Shown: piece after piece, positions 8,801-16,318 of the stretch | Position numbering within the stretch: position 1 is the first letter of the stretch | Layout: every line of letters starts with the position of its first letter | IMG/VR virus record: IMGVR_UViG_3300042868_003415 | Location: 1-32,041 of that record | Direction: 5' to 3' (one strand) | DNA: 32,041 bases | DNA from: a virus | Lineage: Duplodnaviria; Caudoviricetes | Translations under genes and position numbers: made by a program | The notes under the pieces: model-generated | Told to the model about the DNA's origin: nothing | The model's database searches: none | The model's input: only the letters and a program-made list of their open reading frames with translations

Positions 8801-11800
8801 CGACCGGATTGGTTTTGAGCCAGAGGAGATCGTAGTACGTGAACTTGCCCTCAAGGCCGCCGGGTATTCTCGCAGGATCTCCAGCCACGTCCGAGGGGAT
8901 GTTTGTGATTTCTGAAAGAGGTCCAAGGTTTTCGACGCCGAATGCTTTGCCGTATTCCTCAAACTCCTTTGGAGTCCAGTCTTTCGGTTCTTTGCCTTTG
9001 AAGTAGATGTTTCCATTTTGATCCCTTGAAACTCCTGGAGCTTCAAAAGATGCACGCCGGGGAAGACCTTCCGCAACTTGTTTTCTGGCCGCCTCCTCTT
9101 CAGCCGGCATGAACCTTACATCCCCCGCTTGTCGTACCGCCCCGCTTTCGACTTGGCCTTCTTGGCCACCGACAGCGCGATTGCGACCGCCTGCTTCTGC
9201 GGCTTGCCGGCCTTCATCTCCGAGCGGACGTTGCTGCTGACGGACTTCTGGCTGTAGCCTTGTTTGAGTGGCATAATCTTTTTCTGCTTTGAGTTTGGCT
9301 TGTTCCTGAGTGTCGAAGATCCCAACGGTTGATCCATCGGGGCCGTACAGGCGGAACTTTCCGTTCTTCGACAAGATTCGATAACCGCCATTCTCATCGG
9401 TGCTGACCCTGGTCTCACCAATGGCCTCTGCAGGCATGAAGTTGAGCTGAGTGCGGCGGTAGCTCGACTGCTCGCCCATGTCGCCTGTCCAGGGGATCTG
9501 AGCCTTAGTGGAGTCGGCATTCTGGATGCGCTCAAGACGCAGATCCTGATAGACCGATCCTCCCTTGCGGTTGGCGACGTAGCCGGCAGTCGGGAAGTTG
9601 ACCATGACGTCCCCCTTCTTGGGAACTGCACCCATGATCTCGTTGAACATATTGCGCTTCTTAGCGCCATCGATGCCTCCACCCAGCGCCTCAGCGGAAG
9701 GCACAGCACCGGTCTCAGCAATGTTCTTCAGGTACACGTCACGCATCGTGGACATGGCCTGGTCGTAGTTGTTGAACAGGCTCTTGTAGGCCGGCTTGGT
9801 GAGAGCCTTGTACATCCGGGCCTGCACCTTGCCCCAGTCGACCACCTTGACGTTGACGCCGCCCTTGCTGTTGATCGAGATGCCGTAGGGCAGGAACAGC
9901 TTCTGGGACTCGTCAAACACGCCAGACTTCCCGGTGGATCCGTAGACCTTCCAGTAGTTTCCTTCCATCAACGTGCCATCCCGGATTGCGGTGGCGATGT
10001 CGATCAGTGTCCTAGAAGAGGATGGTCCGAATATACCGCTCTTTGATACTGCATCGGCCTCGGCCAGGCTAAGTCTTCCTTCGATGACCGGGTTTCCGTA
10101 GGCATCCATGCCCGAGATGCTGGTGCGTTCAGCCTGAGGAACAGACTCGACGACACGCATCGTGCGGTTAGCTATGTCAGCAGTTTTGGCTGCGAGTTCA
10201 GCCTTAGACAACGGCCTGACGATACTGCCATCTGGGGCAGTCATAAACAGGTCCGAGTAGCCTCGGGCCATGATGACCGCATTCTGCTGCGCCTGGGTCA
10301 TCTTGTTGATGTCGACCCGCTGCTCGGTGGGCTCATAGCCCTCCTTCGGAGTCACCAGGTTCTTGATGGCATCCTCCATCCAGTCGAGCTTGATGCGCCG
10401 TCCGTTGGCGTCGTAGAAGGTACGGGCAACAGGGTCGAAACCAGCCTGCAATGCACGCCTAGTGAACCGTTCCGAAACAGCCTCCTTGGCGTTGTTCAGC
10501 GCCATCTCAATGAAGGAAGGAATGCGACCCGGAAGCATCGTCTTCGGGTCTTTGCCTTTGAGCATTTCCTGCGTGTAGTACGCGGCAAACTCATCGGTGA
10601 TGCGTTTAAGAGACTCAACCTTTTGAGCCCGTTGTTGAGCAGGATCAAAAGCATCCCGGAGCTCAGTGCGGATGCGGTCAGCAACCACGCGCCCACCAGC
10701 CGATTGTAGTTTGTCGGCGTACTTGTTAGCGAAGTCGGTGAATTGCCTCTGGAAGTTGGGATCAGCAGAGGCAGTGTCGATGGCTTTAGCCCCAAGCTGA
10801 CTCACCATGTCCTGCGTGATGCGTGCGTGCAGGATCTCATGCGGGAGTGCTTCGGGGCTGGCCTTGTCGACATTAATCAGGATCGTCGGCTTTCCGCTCT
10901 TGATGTTGTCGGGACCGATTGCAACACCGGCATAATTCACGTTCTGCAGTCCAGCAGGGACCGTGTCTGCATCGGTGTGGAAGATGACATCGACTCCAGC
11001 GCCTTCAGCACCTGCAACCTCGGACAGCGCCTTAGTGAGCTGCTTGTTGTTGAGGCGTCCGTACAGGGTGGCGCGTGCCTCGGAATCCTTGATGGTCGCA
11101 GTCTGCTCACCGGCCACCGGGTCAATGTAGGTGAACTGCACGTCGGTGGGACGAGTGTTGAGATCATCCACCGCGGTCTGTCGGACACGCCCACCATTGA
11201 ATGCGTTGGCTTGAACAGCCTTAGCGAGCGTGAACCCACCGTCAAAAACGCCAAAGCCAGCACCGCTGCCAATAGCCGCGGCAACAGCATCGCCTTCTTC
11301 TCCGGTCAATGCAGCGAGGGCACCGCCGGCAACGCCAGCACCTGCCATGGGCAAAAGAATCGTTGCTGCTCCCCTTATCGGAGTCTCAAGGCCGCTCCTG
11401 GCGAGAGCGGTGCCTAAGGCCCGAGCCCTAGATGATGCGCCTTCAGCCGCGGCAATACGCTCGCCAGCCCCCAGAAGGCCGCGCTGGGTCGCCGTAAGGC
11501 TTGGACCACCGGATACAGTTCCAGCCTCACCAACGGTCTCCATGGTCCCTCCTAGGCCCTTGGTTGCAGTGATTGTCTTAGCAACAGTTCCTAGACCAGG
11601 AACATTCATGGTAAGCGGGATGCCAGCAGCCTCACCCAAGGTGATTCCTGTGGTTCCTTTGGCGATGCCTTCCTGCACCGCTTGACCCATCTGCTCGGAT
11701 CCAGTGACTCCGGCAGTGATTCTGCCTGCTATGTTTTCGGGGCCGCGGCCTAGGTTTGAAATGCGTTCGCCAGTGCGTTGGAGAATCTGCCCTGCCCGAG

Positions 11801-12530
11801 GGATTAGCGGGATAGCACGCTGCGCCAATGCAGACGCCAGCTTTCCACCGCCGGCAAAAGCAATGGATGACGGGTCAGCAAGGAATCCACCGACATCAAG
11901 GCCCTCCTGGCTGATTGCTTCCTCGGGAATGCCATAGGCCTGCAAGACATCCTGAGAGGCAGGAACACGCTGGTCTCCTGGTGCATTGGCACGGGCCAAC
12001 TGCCGCTTGATCTCAGCAGCAGCAAGGAAGGCCTCGTACTTGTCGTCGTCGTTGCGGAGCTTTCCGGTAATGTCCGACAGCTTGTTCAGCGCGGTGTCGA
12101 TCAGTCCGCGGCCCATGTTCTCGGCCTTGAGTCTGGATTGGACTGCGATTTCTGCAGCGGTTCCACCGGCAAGCTGCATCGGTGTGACGCCTTCAGGAGG
12201 GTCCATGTACTGCCCAATGGCCTCGCCCAGCTTGTAAGGCATTGAGGCAATGTCCTCCACCGTTTGGACGGCAGCGGTGCCAATGGTTTCCAGTGGCTTC
12301 TCGCCCAGCAGTGGCTTGGTCTTGGATACCTTCAGGTAGTCGAGAAACTCTTGCTTGCTCGGGGTGTAGTCGGTCTGCGCTCCTTGAAACTGCAGCACCT
12401 TGTTATAAGAGTCCTCAGGCGTGGGATCGACTTCGATTCCTCCCTGCACAAAACCGCCTTGCGCCATCTGAGGCGAGGCCTGTTGCTGTGGCTCTTCATC
12501 GACAACAATTCCGCCTTCAACGAATGGCAT
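5889..12530 (-). CDS. Large polyvalent internal virion (ejection) protein, 2213 aa
   Basis: Last and largest gene of the ejection block. A/G-rich hydrophobic N-terminal region, HEILH zincin motif (residue 564), HhH-GPD-like module, HDAFGH module, five [RNY][FY]MP junctions. Confidence 0.9.
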   Translation of the reverse strand: MPFVEGGIVVDEEPQQQASPQMAQGGFVQGGIEVDPTPEDSYNKVLQFQGAQTDYTPSKQEFLDYLKVSKTKPLLGEKPLETIGTAAVQTVEDIASMPYKLGEAIGQYMDPPEGVTPMQLAGGTAAEIAVQSRLKAENMGRGLIDTALNKLSDITGKLRNDDDKYEAFLAAAEIKRQLARANAPGDQRVPASQDVLQAYGIPEEAISQEGLDVGGFLADPSSIAFAGGGKLASALAQRAIPLIPRAGQILQRTGERISNLGRGPENIAGRITAGVTGSEQMGQAVQEGIAKGTTGITLGEAAGIPLTMNVPGLGTVAKTITATKGLGGTMETVGEAGTVSGGPSLTATQRGLLGAGERIAAAEGASSRARALGTALARSGLETPIRGAATILLPMAGAGVAGGALAALTGEEGDAVAAAIGSGAGFGVFDGGFTLAKAVQANAFNGGRVRQTAVDDLNTRPTDVQFTYIDPVAGEQTATIKDSEARATLYGRLNNKQLTKALSEVAGAEGAGVDVIFHTDADTVPAGLQNVNYAGVAIGPDNIKSGKPTILINVDKASPEALPHEILHARITQDMVSQLGAKAIDTASADPNFQRQFTDFANKYADKLQSAGGRVVADRIRTELRDAFDPAQQRAQKVESLKRITDEFAAYYTQEMLKGKDPKTMLPGRIPSFIEMALNNAKEAVSERFTRRALQAGFDPVARTFYDANGRRIKLDWMEDAIKNLVTPKEGYEPTEQRVDINKMTQAQQNAVIMARGYSDLFMTAPDGSIVRPLSKAELAAKTADIANRTMRVVESVPQAERTSISGMDAYGNPVIEGRLSLAEADAVSKSGIFGPSSSRTLIDIATAIRDGTLMEGNYWKVYGSTGKSGVFDESQKLFLPYGISINSKGGVNVKVVDWGKVQARMYKALTKPAYKSLFNNYDQAMSTMRDVYLKNIAETGAVPSAEALGGGIDGAKKRNMFNEIMGAVPKKGDVMVNFPTAGYVANRKGGSVYQDLRLERIQNADSTKAQIPWTGDMGEQSSYRRTQLNFMPAEAIGETRVSTDENGGYRILSKNGKFRLYGPDGSTVGIFDTQEQAKLKAEKDYATQTRLQPEVRQQQRPLGDEGRQAAEAGGRNRAVGGQEGQVESGAVRQAGDVRFMPAEEEAARKQVAEGLPRRASFEAPGVSRDQNGNIYFKGKEPKDWTPKEFEEYGKAFGVENLGPLSEITNIPSDVAGDPARIPGGLEGKFTYYDLLWLKTNPVDVANLPETTHAKLTAKLAATMAPTPGDKVSSFNSIVFGMLSPNAPLLPNEMGMARLRFGSMEDVRKFASLYPENPTKENLKELNQRLKKELGFISAGKGGLGIAITADISNIVNAARLFTKNPDFFVKKSNESWADFVDKLTTQIKGFGTKTGSFGSVWQDPLKASISAMDRHMARIFGQELLGNPELRKRFEGIVVDRFNSMLKKSKEATSAFNRRLKNAEEKGKRIEEINKDDPKTLKTLKAKNDKRIKSIKAEMASTLDSLPDPTATRAKTIDDVLGQAQIYGADRVQKFVNEAVFAAMGSRKATLIAKKGGINPNAPANIKSVEWVETPKDFQVMSDSYRSALEINERRANELGVAVFPAQWTLWDRIRGRVEPHEVMFPGLDKLPALNDRQLGEAQKANKAAGYGSTPEAGEKWKRKQIDSPSRLAYFMPAGEGEKLYEQGRPEQGGDRGGRLPRGSYTPLDGAPNVAGATGPAPGLVDVARSYAAAAGISHRRQAVYVEVDEARARRLADAYAEMKHAPQDPKVQEAYADMIRQTKDQYQALVDAGYEFSFFDSSSDPYKGNPSAAMRDLRANKRMAVYGTYDGYGTEGITGAEIKGNPMLEPTGLTWPDQRGVMHPVVANDLFRAVHDAFGHGLEGASFRARGEENAWQAHVRLFTGPAIAAITSETRGQNSWLNYGPHGERNRTAKLEDTVFSPQKTGLMPDWTWTEGLAPDEGASVEGQRYMPETIQRDVGRNQDFANPPTDTEAVDALSSEKKAKFGAARSIKPGTQVAARIDIPAFLRTGKYVVAVHEPDGAAGGPGKVIGYDTVTRLQNPKFVVKPGVQRIYEGKSAKFPVATVDGKIMADRSIPDDLENYVAVGMDPKEHAFFYDKRTDQPVIGGSEAVSVGNTVFVKNPVYGKPEDFRYMPSPDSAMPGAYSFPGGYRALPGKAKGSLRLYGPAGSLIGIASSLDEAQRILRRKNK
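7283..7474 (-). CDS. Putative nested gene, 63 aa (MNKDDPNREETEEDGYRAEAIRRLMVLRMSRV...), +1 frame inside the ejection gene
   Basis: Start context AGAAAAACTTTATG mirrors the 9274 nested gene. It overlays a low-complexity linker and has TTGACT-N17-TATTTC upstream. Confidence 0.5.
   Translation of the reverse strand: MNKDDPNREETEEDGYRAEAIRRLMVLRMSRVRPDQRQDSWMLRDLMPLPPGFPTGDKPSTSK
7503..7531 (-). promoter_or_regulatory. Possible internal promoter TTGACT-N17-TATTTC
   Basis: -35 at 7531-7526 (5/6 consensus), -10 at 7508-7503 (imperfect), 28 nt upstream of nested ATG 7474. Confidence 0.3.
9116..9274 (-). CDS. Nested gene, 52-aa basic protein (MPLKQGYSQKSVSSNVRSEMKAGKPQKQAVAIALSVAKKAK...), +1 frame inside the ejection gene
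   Basis: Matches the widespread small phage protein pattern MPLKKGxSxKxISxNIxxExxxGKPQKQAVAIALS. Start context AGAAAAAGATTATG. Confidence 0.85.
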   Translation of the reverse strand: MPLKQGYSQKSVSSNVRSEMKAGKPQKQAVAIALSVAKKAKSKAGRYDKRGM

Positions 12531-12533
12531 AGG

Positions 12534-14012
12534 TCAGTCTTGAAATTCTTGGTATTTCCCGGTGGCAGGATTGAAAACAAGGCCGCGCTTAATGCCTTGA
12601 GCACGCATATCTTCGGGCGATTGGAAACGCTGCATAGATTCCGCAGCGCTTTGAGCAGACATTGACCTCCACGCCTTCAATGAGCTCTCAGGAAGGATTA
12701 GCATTTCAGGCACTCCACGATACTTCGCCTGACTTACAGTATCACTAATCGTCGACTCAACAGCTTTGAGCGAACCACGCACGATTGAGTCAGCAGACTT
12801 TTTGATATCTCTCCGGATTTCAGGGGTCAGCTTGTTTCCGGTGGTGTAGCTGTTGTAGATGTTTTGAATTTGAGTAGGAAGACCTCCAGCGTTTCCTACG
12901 GTTTGGAATTCGTTGTCACGGACAACGCTAGTGGGATCTAGCGTCTTCATGTACTTGAAGATCAGCGCAATATCATCGGAAGGGGTTGTTCCCAGTTCCT
13001 TTATCTCCATCAGATTCTTGAACTGTTCTCCAACTGCCTTGATTTGCGGGTTCTTATTAATATCGCTAAGTGTATCGTTTGCCCATTTCTGCTGGGCTTC
13101 AGGAAGTTTATCAATTTCGGCCTGAATCTTTGGTTGAGCTTTAATTGGTGCGCCGGCTGCCTTCCCTGAAATCATTGGCTGAACGTAGTCAGTGCCTGGG
13201 ACAGGCATAGAGGTGACCGTAGCCGGCAATCCGTATTCCACTTTGGTCCCCTCGGGTCCGATAGTCGCACCGAGCGCAGTCATGTTTGCAGGAATAGTCT
13301 GCCCCATCCTGCGCATCATTGGAATCAACGACTGCATCTGGGTCGGAGTCAGTTTGTCGCCGTACTTTCCAAGCATCTCCTGCGTCACGTTGGAGTACGG
13401 AACGGAAGGAGCCTGACCGGGCTGCATTGACATGACGTCGGAAAGCGCCTGCGTGAAAAACGGAGCGGCAGTTGCCTCTCTTTGAGCCTGTCCCAACTGC
13501 AACGCACCTATCGCCAACTGCTGCCTAGTCGCCTCGTTCTTGAAATCGTCCTGCTGGTTGTTCCGATACTGGTTGAGCATCGTCACGGTATCACCGAGCG
13601 CAGCCTTCTTCTTGGTCAGGCTCATGTCCGCCCATTTGGCGCTGCTTCCAACCAAGTTGCTGATCATCCCGGCATCACGCTTCATCTGAGCCTCGTAGGA
13701 CTTCAGCGTCGTCTCATCCACACCTGCGGGAAGTTGGCCGGTGTCCTCAAAGTATCGCACAGCCTGCACCTTTGGATCAGCCTCCATCTGCTGCAGGAAC
13801 ATCTGCGTCACCGCGGTATTCGTTTGATCAGCAGCCTCATGCGCCTTCTTGTTCTCGGTGTAGCGTTCCAGCGCCTTGCCCAGGCCTTGACCGATGGCGG
13901 TGATGCCCATCGCCAGATTGCGGCCGGAAGCCGTAGCAGCCTCCATGTAGCCCGGAGGCAATGGCGCAACCTGTTGACCGCTGTAAGGTGTTGAGTAGCC
14001 GTATTGTGCCAT
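12534..14012 (-). CDS. Internal virion/ejection protein, 492 aa
   Basis: Precedes the giant ejection gene; Q/A/M-rich and helical. DIALIFKYMKTLDPTSVVRDNEF resembles a motif seen in phage ejection proteins. Confidence 0.8.
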   Translation of the reverse strand: MAQYGYSTPYSGQQVAPLPPGYMEAATASGRNLAMGITAIGQGLGKALERYTENKKAHEAADQTNTAVTQMFLQQMEADPKVQAVRYFEDTGQLPAGVDETTLKSYEAQMKRDAGMISNLVGSSAKWADMSLTKKKAALGDTVTMLNQYRNNQQDDFKNEATRQQLAIGALQLGQAQREATAAPFFTQALSDVMSMQPGQAPSVPYSNVTQEMLGKYGDKLTPTQMQSLIPMMRRMGQTIPANMTALGATIGPEGTKVEYGLPATVTSMPVPGTDYVQPMISGKAAGAPIKAQPKIQAEIDKLPEAQQKWANDTLSDINKNPQIKAVGEQFKNLMEIKELGTTPSDDIALIFKYMKTLDPTSVVRDNEFQTVGNAGGLPTQIQNIYNSYTTGNKLTPEIRRDIKKSADSIVRGSLKAVESTISDTVSQAKYRGVPEMLILPESSLKAWRSMSAQSAAESMQRFQSPEDMRAQGIKRGLVFNPATGKYQEFQD

Positions 14013-14016
14013 AGAT

Positions 14017-14439
14017 TTAGCTGTGTTGAGAATGGTATGCGAACTCCCGCAACTTCAAGCTGATAGCCCTCATGTGCTTGTAACCACCGATTATCCAAGC
14101 CACTTGTAGAATCATGTCGTTGCCACAGAGCCGTAGGACATCGGCTGTCTGACGCTTCCACTCCTCATCGGCTTTTTCCCAAGCAACGGAATCTGCGTAG
14201 GTGCTGGTGATCATGGCTATCACGGGCTGCAGCCGGAACCAGTTGTCGATGTAGAACGGGGTCGAGTAGAGGCTGTTGGCCTGCATCAAGATATCCAGGA
14301 ATGCCTCAGGGCTAAAAGTCACATCCCCATCAATCAGGTCGTCGATGGAATGGCAATAGGCATGGAAGGCAGTGATGAACACCACTGCGTTGTGGTTGCC
14401 TCCTGCTGCGTCAAAGTAGAGCTGGCCGAGCTTGTTCAT
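14017..14439 (-). CDS. Isoprenoid-synthase-fold-like (DDxxD) small all-helical protein, 140 aa
   Basis: HAYCHSIDDLIDGD aspartate-rich motif at the end of a predicted helix. Start set at the ATGA overlap with the cupin stop. Confidence 0.7.
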   Translation of the reverse strand: MNKLGQLYFDAAGGNHNAVVFITAFHAYCHSIDDLIDGDVTFSPEAFLDILMQANSLYSTPFYIDNWFRLQPVIAMITSTYADSVAWEKADEEWKRQTADVLRLCGNDMILQVAWIIGGYKHMRAISLKLREFAYHSQHS

Positions 14440-14765
14440 GCTGGATGAAAGTCGATTGCAGCAGATGTCGGCTTGGATTGCCACCGTTCAAGGTTCAGGA
14501 ACACCGAGAAAGTGTCTGCAACCGCTGAATGACTCACACCGGCAGGCACCGGCTTAGACCAGCCACAGTGCCAGGTGGTGACGTGCTTCGACTTGTTGCC
14601 CATCGTCCAACGCATCCTCCCTAGGACATGGATGATCCGGGAGCTGAATGACTGGTGTGTGTGCGACGGGATAACCTCGCCAGCAGGGCAGCACCAGGCC
14701 TCAAGCTGCCAGGATCTGAACCTGAAGAGCTTGAGTCCAATGCATCGCTGGTATCGTTGGATCAA
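14436..14765 (-). CDS. Cupin-fold protein, 109 aa
   Basis: PAGEVIPSHTH (motif 1, HxH) and VPAGVSHS (motif 2, PxGxxH). TTG start overlaps the previous TGA. Confidence 0.85.
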   Translation of the reverse strand: MIQRYQRCIGLKLFRFRSWQLEAWCCPAGEVIPSHTHQSFSSRIIHVLGRMRWTMGNKSKHVTTWHCGWSKPVPAGVSHSAVADTFSVFLNLERWQSKPTSAAIDFHPA

Positions 14766-15124
14766 AGTGAAGATGCTAGTCCAGCCAATCCAGAGCCAGC
14801 AGAAGAGGCGGCGCTTGCAATGCCACTGCCGGCGCTTTTGAGACCGCTTCCAATAGCCTCCAGGGCTTGGCCCTTCATCTCATCCCGCTTCTCAAACATC
14901 CCCTGCTTCATCTCAAAAGCATCGTCAATGAACGAATCGTCCAGGCCAAGTGCCTTGAGCCGTTTGCGCTGTTCCTCGACATCCGCAACGGTGTTCATGG
15001 GGTTCATCTGCTGCATCGGGGCACCATAACCGGTGCCGGGCTGCATTGCAGGCATCTGGGGGGCAAACTGACTCATGCCACCGCCCTGGCCGTAGGGCAT
15101 GGATCCTTGGTATCCGTAGTTCAT
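14762..15124 (-). CDS. Small M/G/Q-rich putative ejection protein, 120 aa
   Basis: ATGA-coupled. G/S/A-rich C-terminal helix ending ASSL. Confidence 0.75.
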   Translation of the reverse strand: MNYGYQGSMPYGQGGGMSQFAPQMPAMQPGTGYGAPMQQMNPMNTVADVEEQRKRLKALGLDDSFIDDAFEMKQGMFEKRDEMKGQALEAIGSGLKSAGSGIASAASSAGSGLAGLASSL

Positions 15125-15918
15125 AGGCTAGAGGCCGCTGACATACCGGCACCAATGAGTGCGGTGGAGTTGGCTGCAGAAGCAGTACGGGCAGCAAGCT
15201 GTTGCTGCTGGTTACCACCGATCAAGTTGGCGGCGTACTGCGACTCGGGGTTGAACAACTGCCCAGGGTTGAATCCTTGGGCCTGGCCTAGGAAGCCTTG
15301 AGACCCGGCAAATGCTTGGGACGGCCTGCCCAACACCTGTTGGAACACGTCGCCATACACACCTTGGGATGCCCCGAGGGCTCCCATGGCCTGCTGGGAG
15401 CGTTGTTGCTGCATTCCGGCTCCAGATAGCTGGGAGCGCACAGCCTCCTGTAGGCCGGCTGTGGGGCTTCCTGCTAGGCCTCGGGCAGCAAAGGAGCCTC
15501 GGGTCTGCTGCTCGACCTGGCGCTGCTGCTCGGGCGTTAGCCGGGAGCCAGCGTTGAGACCGGATTGAGCTTGGGCGGTAAGACTGTCAGCTAGTGCTGC
15601 CTGCTGTGGCGAGGCAGCCTTGATTGCAGCACGCGCCTGGGGACCGAGAGTTGAGATGTCGGCAATGTCGCCAGCTCGGGAACGGGAGCGTGCGGCGGCC
15701 TCGACCTCGCCCATGGCCGGCGCGATCTGGTCCCGGTAGAGCTGTAGCAGCTCCGGGGTCGCCGACTTCAGCATATCTAGCTGCAGCCGTTGATACTGCG
15801 GGGCATACTTAGCCTCGGCAGCATACTTCTCGGGCGCTAGGGCAAGCTGAGATCGGAGTGTGTCAGCGGTTTCCTTGCCGTAATCCCGTGGTGTTGGTGC
15901 TTCAACTGAGGTTCCCAT
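15121..15918 (-). CDS. Internal virion/ejection (pilot-like) protein, 265 aa
   Basis: MG...AP.P.DY N-terminus, Q/A-rich body and small-residue hydrophobic C-terminus. Position equivalent to T7 gp14 / P22 gp7. Confidence 0.8.
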   Translation of the reverse strand: MGTSVEAPTPRDYGKETADTLRSQLALAPEKYAAEAKYAPQYQRLQLDMLKSATPELLQLYRDQIAPAMGEVEAAARSRSRAGDIADISTLGPQARAAIKAASPQQAALADSLTAQAQSGLNAGSRLTPEQQRQVEQQTRGSFAARGLAGSPTAGLQEAVRSQLSGAGMQQQRSQQAMGALGASQGVYGDVFQQVLGRPSQAFAGSQGFLGQAQGFNPGQLFNPESQYAANLIGGNQQQQLAARTASAANSTALIGAGMSAASSL

Positions 15919-16318
15919 ATTTTTTGTCTGCCATCCTATAGATCGGCATCGAGCCTTTCTTGTAGGTGGTTAGTTTACCGTTGCGATAACCGATAGCCGG
16001 GAGGATTGCCGACTCCGGTGCGTCGTGAAAGAACTTAGCCGCCACCGCCATCGCGAATAGTGCGCAGTCGGCAGCGAACTGGTGCCAGTACCAATGGTCG
16101 CCATTGGGATCGGACTTCTGCCAGGTCCACTCCTTAGGCTCCGGCCCCATCTGCCTCCAGCCTACAAGCACAGCGACAACGTGCCCGTCCTGCAGGGCCA
16201 CCTTGAGCGTGTTCTGCTCGGCATGAAACATCACATAGTCCTCCACAGCCTCACGGGTCCAGCCTCGAAAGCTGTCCGGGAGCTTGTGCAGCAGGTAGTC
16301 TGTGATCAGGGGAATCAA
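15902..16318 (-). CDS. Hypothetical protein, possibly GNAT-fold (T7 gp13 position), 138 aa
   Basis: Lies between the tail and ejection genes. VALQDGHVVAVLVGW beta-hairpin resembles the GNAT core; no acetyl-CoA motif confirmed. Confidence 0.55.
   Translation of the reverse strand: MIPLITDYLLHKLPDSFRGWTREAVEDYVMFHAEQNTLKVALQDGHVVAVLVGWRQMGPEPKEWTWQKSDPNGDHWYWHQFAADCALFAMAVAAKFFHDAPESAILPAIGYRNGKLTTYKKGSMPIYRMADKKYGNLS

Noticed and set aside
8795-9076. Possible third nested ORF (93 aa) at the front of the glycosylase-like module
   Set aside because: No A-rich TTATG context, S/T/R-rich shadow composition, and the main frame looks like a folded domain there.
9275-9721. N-terminal 149 aa of track ORF 9116-9721
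   Set aside because: Reads as a shadow frame (R/S/P-rich). Only the part from ATG 9274 has a start context and a recognisable product.
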